DNA of 64,000 bases, from contig NC_047016.1 of NCBI RefSeq assembly GCF_902652985.1, forward strand, positions 18,538,001 through 18,602,000. The letters run 5' to 3'. How positions within the stretch are numbered: the first letter of the stretch is position 1; the number at the start of each line of letters is the position of its first letter. A program made the translations under genes and the position numbers. The notes beneath the pieces are model-generated. The model was not told the origin of the DNA and ran no database searches. It worked only from the letters and a program-made list of their open reading frames with translations. The DNA is from Pecten maximus. Taxonomy: Eukaryota. Below, one piece after another: positions 1 through 12,600 of the stretch.

Positions 1-1130
1 TCATTGCTGGGTGTAGGTGTCCGAGGAGACAAGCTTTATTAAGGATCATTGCTGGGTGTAGGTGTCCGAGGAGACAAGCTTTATTAAGGATCACGGCTAG
101 GAGGTAAGTGTCCGAGGAGACAAGCTTCATTAAGGATCATTGCTAGGAGGTAAGTGTCCGAGGAGACAAGCTTCATTAAGGATCATTGCTAGGAGGTAAG
201 TGTCCGAGGAGACAAGCTTCATTAAGGATCATTGCTGGGTGTAGGTGTCCGAGGAGACAAGCTTTATTAAGGATCACGGCTAGGAGGTAAGTATCCGAGG
301 AGACAAGCCTCATTAAGGATCATTGCTGGGTGTAGGTGTCCGAGGAGACAAGCTTTATTAAGGATTACGGCTAGGAGGTAAGTGTCCGAGGAGACAAGCT
401 TCATTAAGGATCATTGCTGGGTTTAGGTGTCCGAGGAGACAAGCTTCATTAAGGATCACGGCTAGGAGGTAAGTGTCCGAGGAGACAAGCTTCATTAAGG
501 ATCATTGCTAGGAGGTAAGTGTCCGAGGAGACAAGCTTCATTAAGGATCATTGCTAGGAGGTAAGTGTCCGAGGAGACAAGCTTCATTAAGGATCATTGC
601 TGGGTGTAGGTGTCCGAGGAGACAAGCTTTATTAAGGATCACGGCTAGGAGGTAAGTATCCGAGGAGACAAGCCTCATTAAGGATCATTGCTGGGTGTAG
701 GTGTCCGAGGAGACAAGCTTTATTAAGGATTACGGCTAGGAGGTAAGTGTCCGAGGAGACAAGCTTCATTAAGGATCATTGCTGGGTTTAGGTGTCCGAG
801 GAGACAAGCTTCATTAAGGATCACGGCTAGGAGGTAAGTATCCGAGGAGACAAGCCTCATTAAGGATCATTGCTGGGTGTAGGTGTCCGAGGAGACAAGC
901 TTTATTAAGGATTACGGCTAGGAGGTAAGTGTCCGAGGAGACAAGCTTCATTAAGGATCATTGCTGGGTTTAGGTGTCCGAGGAGACAAGCTTCATTGTG
1001 GATCACGGCTAGGAGGTAAGTGTCCTAGGAGACAAACCTCATTCAGGATCGCGGCTGTGGGGAAGTGCCCGAGACGGTCTTATGGATCACGGCTATGATC
1101 ATGGCTAGGGGTAAGTGTTTGATTTGAAAA
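1..1130. repeat. 45/46-bp intronic minisatellite (tcattgctgggtgtaggtgtccgaggagacaagctttattaagga and a 46-bp ggctaggaggtaagt variant), about 23 copies, running off the window start
   Basis: Head-to-tail units from base 1; two interspersed variants; degenerates after ~1000. No unique spacers. Confidence 0.95.
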
Positions 1131-1401
1131 GCCTCATTTATGATCACGACTAGAGGATATCAGCGATTGGCGATTAAAACAACAGAAATTTATATATATT
1201 TATATATATACGAGTATAAGCAATTTCGCTTTCATAATTTGGCCATATCGTGTGATGAGACTAGATGAGAAACAGTATTTTACTTCTTACATGATTGCGT
1301 AATATTAATCATCATATATACGTGACATAGGTCATTCAAAGGGGTTCCATTATCATTGTGTTTTTTGTATTTTCCCTTCCCTCAAATACAATTTTCTAAA
1401 G

Positions 1402-4190
1402 GTTGTTGATGACACAGGAAAAATAACTAAACTTGCGGTCTGGAACAGTCCCGGAAATGACGTATCTGGAATGATGGCACGTTGTGAAAAGGTCGTCAAT
1501 ACTAGTGAAGACGTACGTTACATACAAAAAATACTGGGAAGATACATAACCAAAATAGATAATCAATGCTTTTGCTTCACAAATAACCATGTTTACGTAC
1601 AGAACTATGGAACGAGACAGAATACTGGTATAATGTACATGTGGTTAGAATAACTTTATCATAAATGTGAATAATTGACTAACAACTTAAAAATCTATAT
1701 AAATAATGGTCAGGATGATGAAATAGTTCATTTTTCATAGAGATTCTTGCAAAAATACGTACATTAAATAAAACAACCAAAATATATCAGTAGCTGAAAT
1801 GTGTTATGTAACGCAGTTTGAAAGGATGATAATTCTAGTTAAAATTTCTGACGTTGGAATCAGATGAAATACTCACCACTACATATACAAAAGAGGAGTG
1901 TGTTTTCGGGGATTCATATCTTAGTAATAATTAATCATGTATAAGTTTTAGACACAGTAATGTATCTTGTCTCCCCAGCTGTTGAGAGACGAGGTGTATC
2001 ATTATCACGGGAAATTGTTGTACAAGGAACCGCTATCAGGAGGCTCGTTCTTGTGGCACCAGGACTACGGGTAAATTATATAATTGGTTTTTATTCAAAA
2101 GTGGAATTTAAAATTTTGTAAGATGAAAAAAATCGAAAAATAATTGGATGTCATCTAAAGATGAAAAATGTACTGAAAAGCTTCGTTCTACTGTCTATAC
2201 CACCATAACCCAACAAATTAAGAGATACTTACTATACAATACACATCTTGCAAATGTTCGGTATTTCTAGTATTGTTCGGTGCATGTCTTCTGAGGATAT
2301 CCTCGATTAGTATGAGCATTTTTTCTGTACTATTTATGCAATGCTGCTGTTTTTTGGGGTTTTTTTTTATTTATTTATTTATATATATATAAAAGCATGG
2401 AGTTCAAGGAAAGTTCGGCAAGCATTATGTTTTATTTATGAGCTAAACAATGCTTTCCAGATACTGGTATAAGAACAGTTGTTTGTTCCCTGATATGATG
2501 ACTGTCTTTGTGGCAATTGACAAATGCATACAAGCAAACGGATGCTTGCAGGTAAGATAATAAATATATTGAATAGGGAAATTTTGCTGGAGTTCAAGTT
2601 TGTTAAAGAATATTATAAAATATTATCTTTTTAAATCAATTTCTGTGTTACTTTTACACTGATGGTAAGTCCTTTTTTTAATACATAACGTATAGTAATG
2701 AAGAAATACATGCCCAAATAATTTCCCTATAAAAAACCGAATTTCAACTATGGTGATCAGTTTCTAAATATCGCGAAAATTGTATGAGGTCATGTCAAAG
2801 TAATGTTGTTAAACTTTGGTCCAACGATACTCGTCACATGGACGTAGGTACATGTAGAATAGAAATTTGATGAATTTATATTGATAAGGATGTTTTCATT
2901 TTCTCTGTTCATCAATTCAATTTCAAATCATGATACTAATATGAAAACACACGCTGTCTCCATCATTTAGATATCAACCCAACTAGACATTAGTTCTGTA
3001 CTTAATGTTTATGCAGATTTTGCCTGGATCACACAGATGCGGTCGGATTGATCATGACATGAGCTCTGGTCAAACTGCAGCCAATGTGGACAGAGTCGAG
3101 GCTATAAAGAAAATATGCCAACCTGCTTTTGTAGAAATGGACTCAGGTGAGATTGGAGCTTAGTTGTTTAACAGATTCATAAAACTGACAAATCGACAAA
3201 TGATAGGGAATAACAGATGACGGAAGGGATATTTCTTTTGTTCAAAACATGTTTATGTTTTAATACTCTTTTTATTTCCGTAATTCTGTTAAACTAGAAT
3301 CAAAAACGAAAACTTTATAAGTTCGCTTGAAATTATGAAAGACCATAACATTTTTGAAAAGTACACGTTATAGTTCATTAGTTCCACAAAGCAGTCATAA
3401 ATACTGCAGAAGTGGACGTGTTAATTTATATCTTATACTCACCTTACTTCCATTGGATGTATTTTAAAGGCGATGCCCTGTTCTTCCATTGTAACCTGCT
3501 ACACTGCAGTTCCGCTAACGACAGTCCTGACAGGAGGTGGGCCTACCTGATAGCATACAACACCAAGAGCAATAACCCGGTTGTCCCCCACCACCACGCC
3601 CAGTACACACCAATACAAAAGGTTATGTGATCTTTATACCTAACAAAGATATAATTACACGTTTTTATTAATGATTCAAGGCTTAGCTTGCAGATAAACT
3701 TATGTTTAAGGTGTTTTACATGTAGCTGCAGACAAACCGCGGTTTAATTTTTTATAAAGATTTAAAATCCTGTTTTCATTTTAAATATACATTTATAAAA
3801 TAATCATTCCATATCACAACACTTCAAACATCAATTTGTAACAAACAAAAATAGATTTTGAGATTGTGATTCAACCCGAAATTGACCACAATTAGCATTG
3901 TCATCTGAGTTACTTTCCCTCCGAAACACATGATTTTATTCTCTGAAGTCACAAAGTTGTGGTATAATGGTAAAACTTCGAGTTGTCATACATTCAGGAG
4001 AGTTTTCCCTGAAATAATAGGTTATTTATGACATAAGCTAATTGACAAATTAACTTCCTCACACAGGTTCCCAACAGCGCGGTAACAGACTGCACCAACT
4101 ACCGCGACTTTCACTGACAAAGATTTCATGGAGGCCAAATCGTCTAAAACGGTGAATGCTACATTTTTGGAGAGTGACTCAAAACAATAG
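1402..4190 (+). CDS. PhyH-family Fe(II)/2OG dioxygenase, copy 1 (ectoine/L-proline hydroxylase-like); 5' exons outside window; 1-bp frameshift in last exon
   Basis: GT-AG exons 1402-1512, 1979-2070, 2461-2551, 3017-3146, 3470-3621, 4067-4190 with consistent phases. Motifs [19 protein letters not shown] (HxD), [25 protein letters not shown] (distal His), DRRWAY (2OG-binding Arg). As written, stop is TGA 4115-4117; the paralog-like tail continues in the +1 frame to TAG 4188-4190. AATAAA at 4421. Confidence 0.9.
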
Positions 4191-6608
4191 AACACGTCAA
4201 TAGATTGACACGTACCTCTCGGACAAAGCTTCATACAACACATGTACATGTACATGTAAAAGTACGGACTAAATTTACTGTTCTTGCGCGTGACTTGTAA
4301 GAACGGCTGGAAATGTATCCAAGGTGGAATAGAAATGATGTTATGTATTCCTCGCGGAAAGTATGCTGCTAAGGCCAATACCATTAGGTCAGACAACTTG
4401 TGTTTGGGCTATGAGTTTGCAATAAAATTGATTTGCAGTAAACTTTTGTGAAAATGTCATTCTTTCAAATGTGAATATTGCAAAGTACATTGCCCTACGA
4501 TATTGTTAATCTATACAAAGTCTACGTCTTTTGTTTAATCAGGACCTAGATATCACCTGATAGAGTTATACATTGTGGAGCTATGTTAGATAATTAGATT
4601 AGCTGGAAGAACAGTAGGAATGGGAAAAAATAAAGGAATAATTAGAATTAGTGTTAGATTTTTTAGGAATGGCAGGTGAAATTGCTGGTGGTATTAAGCT
4701 TGTATAGCATGTATAAAGAGTACAATTTCCACTGTCAAAAAAAATTAACATAGACCACACAAAACCAAGATACTCAAAACTTCAAACATGGTATTATTCT
4801 CCTTGGAAAGATCCCTCGTTGTTTTTAATGCCAAGTGTTGGTAAGTGACATGGCATAGAGAATGTGCTTTTATGTGAAGAGAATTATATTGATTTTACTC
4901 TGGGAATGTCTTGATGATTCCTCCATCCTGGTACCGCCATTGATTTAGACCTAATTAACCGAGTCCATGATAATACTTAGCAGGTCAAGACCCTATCTTT
5001 GTCGTCCCTCCTACTAGCATCTATTGTAATGATTTGCAATTTTATATGCATTTGAAAATACCGGAGATATTTGCTTTGATAAAGGCATTGGTTGCCTAGT
5101 AGCATTGACGTCTGCCCGAGTTGATTAGCCTTAAGATCAGACCACGTTTCTTATTTTTATAACTGGTAAAGATATTGTTAATAAACTCCGTGGCGTGATT
5201 TCCATGTAAAAAGCATTGTCACTATGCATCAACAACAAGGAATATAGAATGTAGGCTATTGTCAGGCAACAAGAGAGACGCAGGATGCTGTTCTCACTCT
5301 AAAAATATCCCGTCATGAGGAAGACATTTGACGTTTTTATTTAAGGACACATCAACGTTGTTTTAGCGGGTTTGTGCAAAATAAATTTATTGATGTCAGC
5401 CTGACCCTATTCAGAACATGCATATCGTTTGCTGCTGTCATAAAATACACATAACTGCAATCAAAAGACAACATAGCATAAAACTATTGTTGAAATGCTC
5501 ATTTATTTATAATGTACAGGAAAATTTAAGCAAAAAACATAGTCTGTTTACATGAAATATATCAATTACTCTAAATACAGATCCATCTGTAATATCTAAA
5601 AGCAGAAAAATAGGGTAAAACATATTGGTTGCCAAGCGTTTTCAACCAGTGATAAAACAAACTCTGGAAAACCTTCTGGAATGGAATATACATTAATTAA
5701 AACACAACAAGTGGCAAGTTACATAGTAAAATATATCTGACAACACATGCTGAAAAGGAGATTGTAGTCATCATGGTGGCTAATCAAATGATACCAATTT
5801 TCGATCAAAAAGATCATAAAGCAAGTACAGCATTTGTGATTTGTTGTTTTTTCAATTAAACTTACTCCATGAAGGGCCAGCCCTCATTGGTCAATATTCT
5901 TGGGTTACATTGACAATGACCGATAGACTGGCCATATGGATGAATAGCTGAAACAGACCTGTTATTAATAGGTCTAGGAATAACCAAATATCTTTTCATT
6001 TCAACATTTTTTGAGATTTGGTTTATTTCCCTAGTATTTCTTCTCGGAGACGGAACACTTTTATTATCACAGAAATGTTTTTAATCAAAGAAACACTCCT
6101 AAAATAAGGTAAATATTCTTAAAGAAAAAGCTTTCTTAACATCACAGAAAAGTCCTTAAGCAGGAAGCACTGGTATGATTTAGTTTTGGACTTGTTATCA
6201 GCAGATATTACTACTAAATTGTCATGCATTGCATCTGAATGTCCCATTAAATTGTGTGTGTTTTGTAGATATCTTGGCTATACTACTATATCAGAACGCA
6301 GTGTATCAGCTAATCCTTGTTATAACCTTAGATATCTGTACAGACACAAGGCTACAGATAATGCTACAATGGATAACAATGATTATCACATACACATTAT
6401 TGCCATACGTCATCTGTTGCATTTGAAGTTGTTGTCGCGTACACGTATATAACAGTGTCTAGTAGTGGTGAGTATAAACCTACATATCATGTTACTATAC
6501 ATGTAAGTTTACAGCTTCCTCCTGCCATAAATATGTCATTTATAATATATACGCACTTGCCAGACAAAAAATATTGATTTTATTTCCACAGATTACCCCT
6601 CAATCAAT

Positions 6609-9600
6609 ATGGCGGAACTGACTGGAGGTATGTAAAATCATAGGTTTCAACACCTGCAACTTAATCGCAAATTGACATCGCATGCCTACAATATCCTGGT
6701 CCTTGAAATAGGCAAAGAAATAACTACATAATTTAATCGCATTCGCATGCACTACTGCCATACAAATATGTTTGTGTAAACAAAGAGAACACCGACACAA
6801 TGAAAACATAATTCTGTAACAGGAGCGAGACTGGCCCAGTTTGTGGTGTACAACTGCACCCAGCTCACTACCTTACATCGACCGTCAACCCAGGTTCGTT
6901 GGGTTTGCATGTCAGATTTGGTGAAGGAAATACTCGACTCCAAGTAAAAATTAACAATATTTTAAAACAGTAACAAGTAGACTACACAACTACATAACGG
7001 GCCCAACGTTTACAATATAAACTATACCATACCTTACGTCCCCCGCCTATCCTAACATTTTTAAACTAACAAATACTAACATACCCGCCACGATCAATTC
7101 TAACCTATAATCGAAAACACTAGGGAAAAGTACTAACAAAATATTAATATTACAATTTGCATGGAGTCCACTGAAAAGGTAAAAGGAGTTTGAGTAAGGG
7201 TCATTGGCGACAACCGCCATACAAATTTTTGTCAAATTACATGTAGCTACATTCTAAAAAGGATATGAGGGTATGACAACGGAACAAAACATGAACAAAA
7301 TTAATAATTTGGAAATTGAGATAACCACGTTAAGCATACAGCTCAGTTGTAAGCTCTCATTGGTGATTACGTTATCAGTAAAGATCGAGATAAGCTGCTG
7401 ATGTTGATCGGCATGTAGTGGCCTTAATATCTAGTTCTACTAGGTATATCGATATGGTCGATAGTAGTTTTTTTATATTTAAAGATAACACATCAACAAT
7501 ATATCTCTCGCTCTGCTAAGCCCTTTAAGATACTCATTCTGGTATTATTTTATCTATGCCTTTTAAGATGTGGATAATTTCGATTTAACCTATTTATTAA
7601 AGGTTATTTTTATTCAAACCTTTTGGTATATAATATAAAATTCTGCACAGACCTAATCATTGACTTGGGCCGCGGTGGCCGAGTGGTTAAGATGTACTGA
7701 CACTTTATCACTAGCCCTCCACCACTGGGTTGCGAGTTCGAAACCTACGTGGGGCAGTTGCCAGGTACTGACCGTAGGCCGGTGGTTTTTCTCCGGGTAC
7801 TCCGGCTTTCCTCCACCTCCAAAACCTGGCACGTCCTTAAATGACCCTGGCTGTTAATAGGACGTTAAGCAAACGAAAACAAAAAACAAAATAATCATTG
7901 ACTTATCTTCTGCATCCGTCAAGCCTGGAATACCCTGATAGTAGAATTTCTGTGTTCAGATCCAACTCTAAGCGTAATATTAACTGTTCTCGTTGAATTA
8001 TATATAAGAGAGTGGCAGTTATCTTCTGTATGAGCAAACGTACAGAAAGAACTTTCCGTAAGATTTATTTTAAATAAACAGTTTTTTTCAATATTCTACA
8101 TTTTAAATGAAGTCTGGTATGAATTATTTGTAAGCTGCGTTTCTCAAGTTTTCACAAGAAGATGGTTTTATAAGGCCTTTTTGAAACTGTTCAAATAATG
8201 GTCATTTCTCATTTCTGCTGGTAAACAATTCCATAATTCGACTGATGAAGTTAAAAAAAATATACAAATTGTTTTAGAATGAATTATTGACTCGCATATA
8301 TACGGTTCTGTAATCCTACAGATTCGATTGTTGAGACGGAACAAGTGAGAACAATTTGTAAAGCTGAATATGTCAATCAATCTAAGCACTTTTCCCAGCA
8401 TATCAGAGTTCGGTAGCAATCCTCACTTTTCTATCTACCTCTATTTGAACATATTTTGTCTTAAATCAAATGGAATGATTATTATCACTTTGACCAGAAA
8501 ACGTCAACATATTCTAAAACTGGACCGATAAAAGATATATAGGCAGTTTGTAACGAGTGTCTATTAAGTACCAATTTTAATTATCTAAATATAATTAAAC
8601 GTTTCGAAGTTTCATTAAGAGTATAGTTAACAGGATCAATCTAGCTAACATCAGAATACAAACATAAACCAAGGCGTTTTTGAAACGGCACGTTAGATAC
8701 AACTGTATTGTTCATTAATACTGGTATGTGATTTAGCAAATTCTATTTTTACATATTCCATTTAGAGAAGTCATTAAATATTTTAGAAATGTCATTATTT
8801 ATTTAGATAAATCATTATTTATTTTAGAAATGTCATTTTATTCAGAGAATCAATTATTTATTTCGAGAAGTCACTAATTTTTTAGAGAAGTCACTATTGA
8901 TTCAGAGAAGTCACTAATTATTAAGAGAAGTCACTATTTATTAAGAGAAGTCACTTTTTATTTAGAGAAGTCACTATTTATTTAGAGAAGTCACTATTGA
9001 TTCAGAGAAGTCACTATTTATTAAGAGAAGTCACTATTTATTTAGAGAAGTCATTAATTATTTAGAGAAGTCTTTAATTATTTAGAGAAGTCACTAATTA
9101 TTTAGAGAAGTCATTAATTATTTAGAGAAGTCACTATTTATTTAGAGAAGTCACTATTTATTAGGAAAAGTCACTATTTATTTAGAGAAGTCATTAATTA
9201 TTTAGAGAAGTCATTAATTATTTAGAGAAGTCACTAATTATTTAGAGAAGTCACTATTTTTTTAGAGAAGTCACTAATTATTTAGAGAAGTCATTAATTA
9301 TTAAGAAAAGTCACTATTTATTTAGAGAAGTCACTAATTATTTAGAGAAGTCATTAATTATTTAGAGAAGTCACTATTTATTCAGAGAAGTCACTATTTA
9401 TTAAGAAAAGTCACTATTTATTTAGAGAAGTCATTAATTATTTAGAGAAGTCTTTAATTATTTAGAGAAGTCACTAATTATTTAGAGAAGTCATTAATTA
9501 TTTAGAGAAGTCACTATTTATTTAGAGAAGTCACTATTTATTTAGAGAAGTCACTATTGATTTAGAGAAGTCACTATTTATTTAGAGAAGTCACTATTTA

Positions 9601-12600
9601 TTTAGAGAAGTCACTATTGATTTAGAGAAGTCACTATTTATTTAGAGAAGTCACTAATTATTTAGAGAAGTCACTATTTATTTAGAGAAGTCACTATTTA
9701 TTAGAGAAGTCACTATTTATTTAGAGAAGTCACTAATTATTTAGAGAAGTCACTATTTATTTAGAGAAGTCACTATTTATTTAGTGAAGTCACTATTTAT
9801 TAAGAGAAGTCACTATTTATTTAGAAAATTATTCGTTAACGGAATTGTTGTAATTGGATTATCAATGATAATGTAAATAATAGTGTCATCCGCAAAGAGT
9901 TCATTTTTCGTGTTAATGTTGTTGACAAGATCATTAATGTGAACATGAAACAATAGGGGCCATCGATTGGCCCTCGGGAGCTCCTGCAGTAAATTCTTTC
10001 ACGATTTTCCGTTAATAGCAACCCTCCGATGCACATTTAATAGGTGATATACAAATAAATCAATATACATACCGGCAACACCTATCCGGTTAAGTTTTTA
10101 AGGTAACCTTTTGTGCTAAACTCTGTCGAGGCGTTTCTTATATCACACAAAAAATCGTTGTATATATTTGCCGTTATCAAGATCCTTACTAATATTAGTC
10201 TTTCTATAATAACCAATTGATTTACAGCAGAATTCCAATTATGAAACAAAACTATGACTTCATTAATGTAGTTATGCAAAGAAAATTGTGCACATATTTA
10301 AATAAACATCGTTCTAGCAGTTTTGCCCTGAATTTGTATAAGTGTGTCGGTTTATATGTACAAATGTAGCTACTCTCGTGTGAATTTTCTTACAGTGTAT
10401 GATTTTACGGTGAACGGGTTTCGGGTGACAGCTGATATGAAAAAGAACTTCGATGATAAAGGATACATTTTAGTCAGGCAAGTGATTTCCTGTCTTCTTG
10501 ACTAAAGGATTTTGTTGTATGTAGACAAAATGGATTTCTGAAAATGAAAAAAAAAAAGAGCATAGGGGATATAGCATAGTCCTAGCAGTGTCGTGATGTC
10601 AGTAGTTTTAAACCTTTACTCAGTAGGATTTAATGTTTTGATCTGGTGTTCACATTTTCTAGTACAACATAAATTATGGTATGGCATTATACAGCACGTT
10701 CAGGTCACACTTTCATTAATTACAGAGGTTTGTTTGATGATAAAGAAATGACTAATCTGCGTAAAGTCTTCGAAGAATCTGACCTTGTCACAAAACATGG
10801 GTTACAAGTAAGTAATAGCATTTAAGTCATACAAATTCACAACGGCAGAAGAAGTGTAACTATGAAATAGCGGCAAATTGTTTTCGGCAATTTGATGAAT
10901 ACGTTTCGAGAAAAAATGCATGTTCCTCTAGGCATTAATTTCTTATAACTGGTGTTTTAAAATATTTCAGGTTGGCGATGAATCGGGCAAGAAAACTAAA
11001 ATTGCACTATGGACCCATCCCGGAAGTGACGTATCTGGAATGATGGCGCGATCTGATAAAGTTGTGAAGACATGTGAGGACGTATGTAGTACATCAGAGG
11101 ATTATACACAAAATGAATCAAACTGCACCACACAGCTCTTGCGTTCGTCTACCTCCAACAGCAGTGTATACCACCTGAAATAAAAATAATTTTTACAACA
11201 TTTAAGCGTGAACTGAACTGCACTCCGATTCGTGTAATAAGCATGTGAACACCCATTGTATTATCGGAAAATAACATGAACCTCGCACCGCGCTACCGTT
11301 CATATCTCTGCAATGATATGGGCACTCTGTAGTTTAATAGTTGCATGGTAATATTAACGTTAATTTACCCGAAGGTTTTCTATCATCAGTTTCAAAGGGC
11401 TTGAATTTGTTTATCATATCAAAAAGTAAACATGATGATATTCAAAAGTTGAGTTAATCTATATATAGATAAATTTATTACAAAATCCTGTGATCCAAGT
11501 CGCTCCATTAATCTGATTCCAAGTCCAGATTCCTTTAGAAACTCTCGGAAACAGTTGACCAGTACATTTGTTTATATTTTCGTGTTCTGAGCTTTCTTGA
11601 TTTGCAGATTTCTTTTGCTTCTTCGTCTGTACGAAAATATTTGTATTATTATGTTGGTCTGCCATTTATTAACAAACAACCGGAAGTGAGACAATGTTTC
11701 CAAGATGGCGTATGATAATAATATTCCCAAATTTAACCGTATGCGAAAAAATTAATACGACCAAAAAAATAAGGACCTCTTGAATGTTTCATTTTGGGAT
11801 TAATTTTGGGATTCAATTCCCCGATCGGACGTTAAAAGGTCACATGTCCGATCAGGTTGGTTTACACTTGGCTCTCCGGTTTTCTCTGACAGCAAGAACC
11901 CTCGCGCAGTTCAATCCGCGCCAACAAGCTTGATAAGTTTATATAACGTTTCATCTTTTGCATTACTGTTTTGTATTGTTCTTGTCAAAAAGACCAGTAA
12001 TATTGTACTAATGGCATCATGTGTTTATTACTCCATACTGTGGAAGCATGTCTGCTGAATTTGAAAACTAATTAATGCGGTTGCCACGAAAAAATTGTCT
12101 GTGGCCAGGTATTTGTCATTACATATCCAGAACCCGACGGCAGACTTGGTATTGCTAGTTAACTACACTCAGGCGCGGATCCAGGAATTTGAAAAGGAGG
12201 GGTCCAGTAATGTAGTGGTAATGCGAGTGCCGTAGGCGTGAGCCGATTTTTTTTTTTTTTTTTTTGGCGAGGGGTCTGGGGGCCAAAGTTTCGGAAAATG
12301 AAATTTTGCAATCTTTCGGGGATAAGATTTTCGATAAGCGCGGGGGGGCGGGGGGGGGGGGGGGGGGGGTTCCTAGCCCCCAGGACCCCCTGGACTTGCA
12401 TTAACTTTCCACTGTCGGTACGCAGAATGCGGCTTTCTGATTGGTTGAGATTTTTTGATATACCTCTAAAAATAATTCCTTTAAATTCATTATTAAATTC
12501 ATTTTGTAAGAATCCGCTACGCGGATTCACACAGTCTGCATTTTTTTTTTTTTTTTTTTTTTTGAAATGATATCAGTGCTGAATTGTATTAATCTCTCGT

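Noticed and set aside
1-1130. Possible CRISPR-like array (also considered for 37990-40280 and 59560-64000)
   Set aside because: Units are contiguous with no unique spacers, there are no cas genes, and the context is eukaryotic.
4115-4117. In-frame TGA as selenocysteine or readthrough
   Set aside because: Paralog homology continues in the +1 frame, not the same frame, so it is a frameshift.
7667-7750. tRNA gene
   Set aside because: A and B boxes are present but followed by a SINE core, tail and TSD; no proper cloverleaf.
12159-12570. ORFs of 123 and 110 aa with poly-Pro, Gly, Lys and Phe
   Set aside because: Translations of homopolymer runs in a MITE-like insertion.
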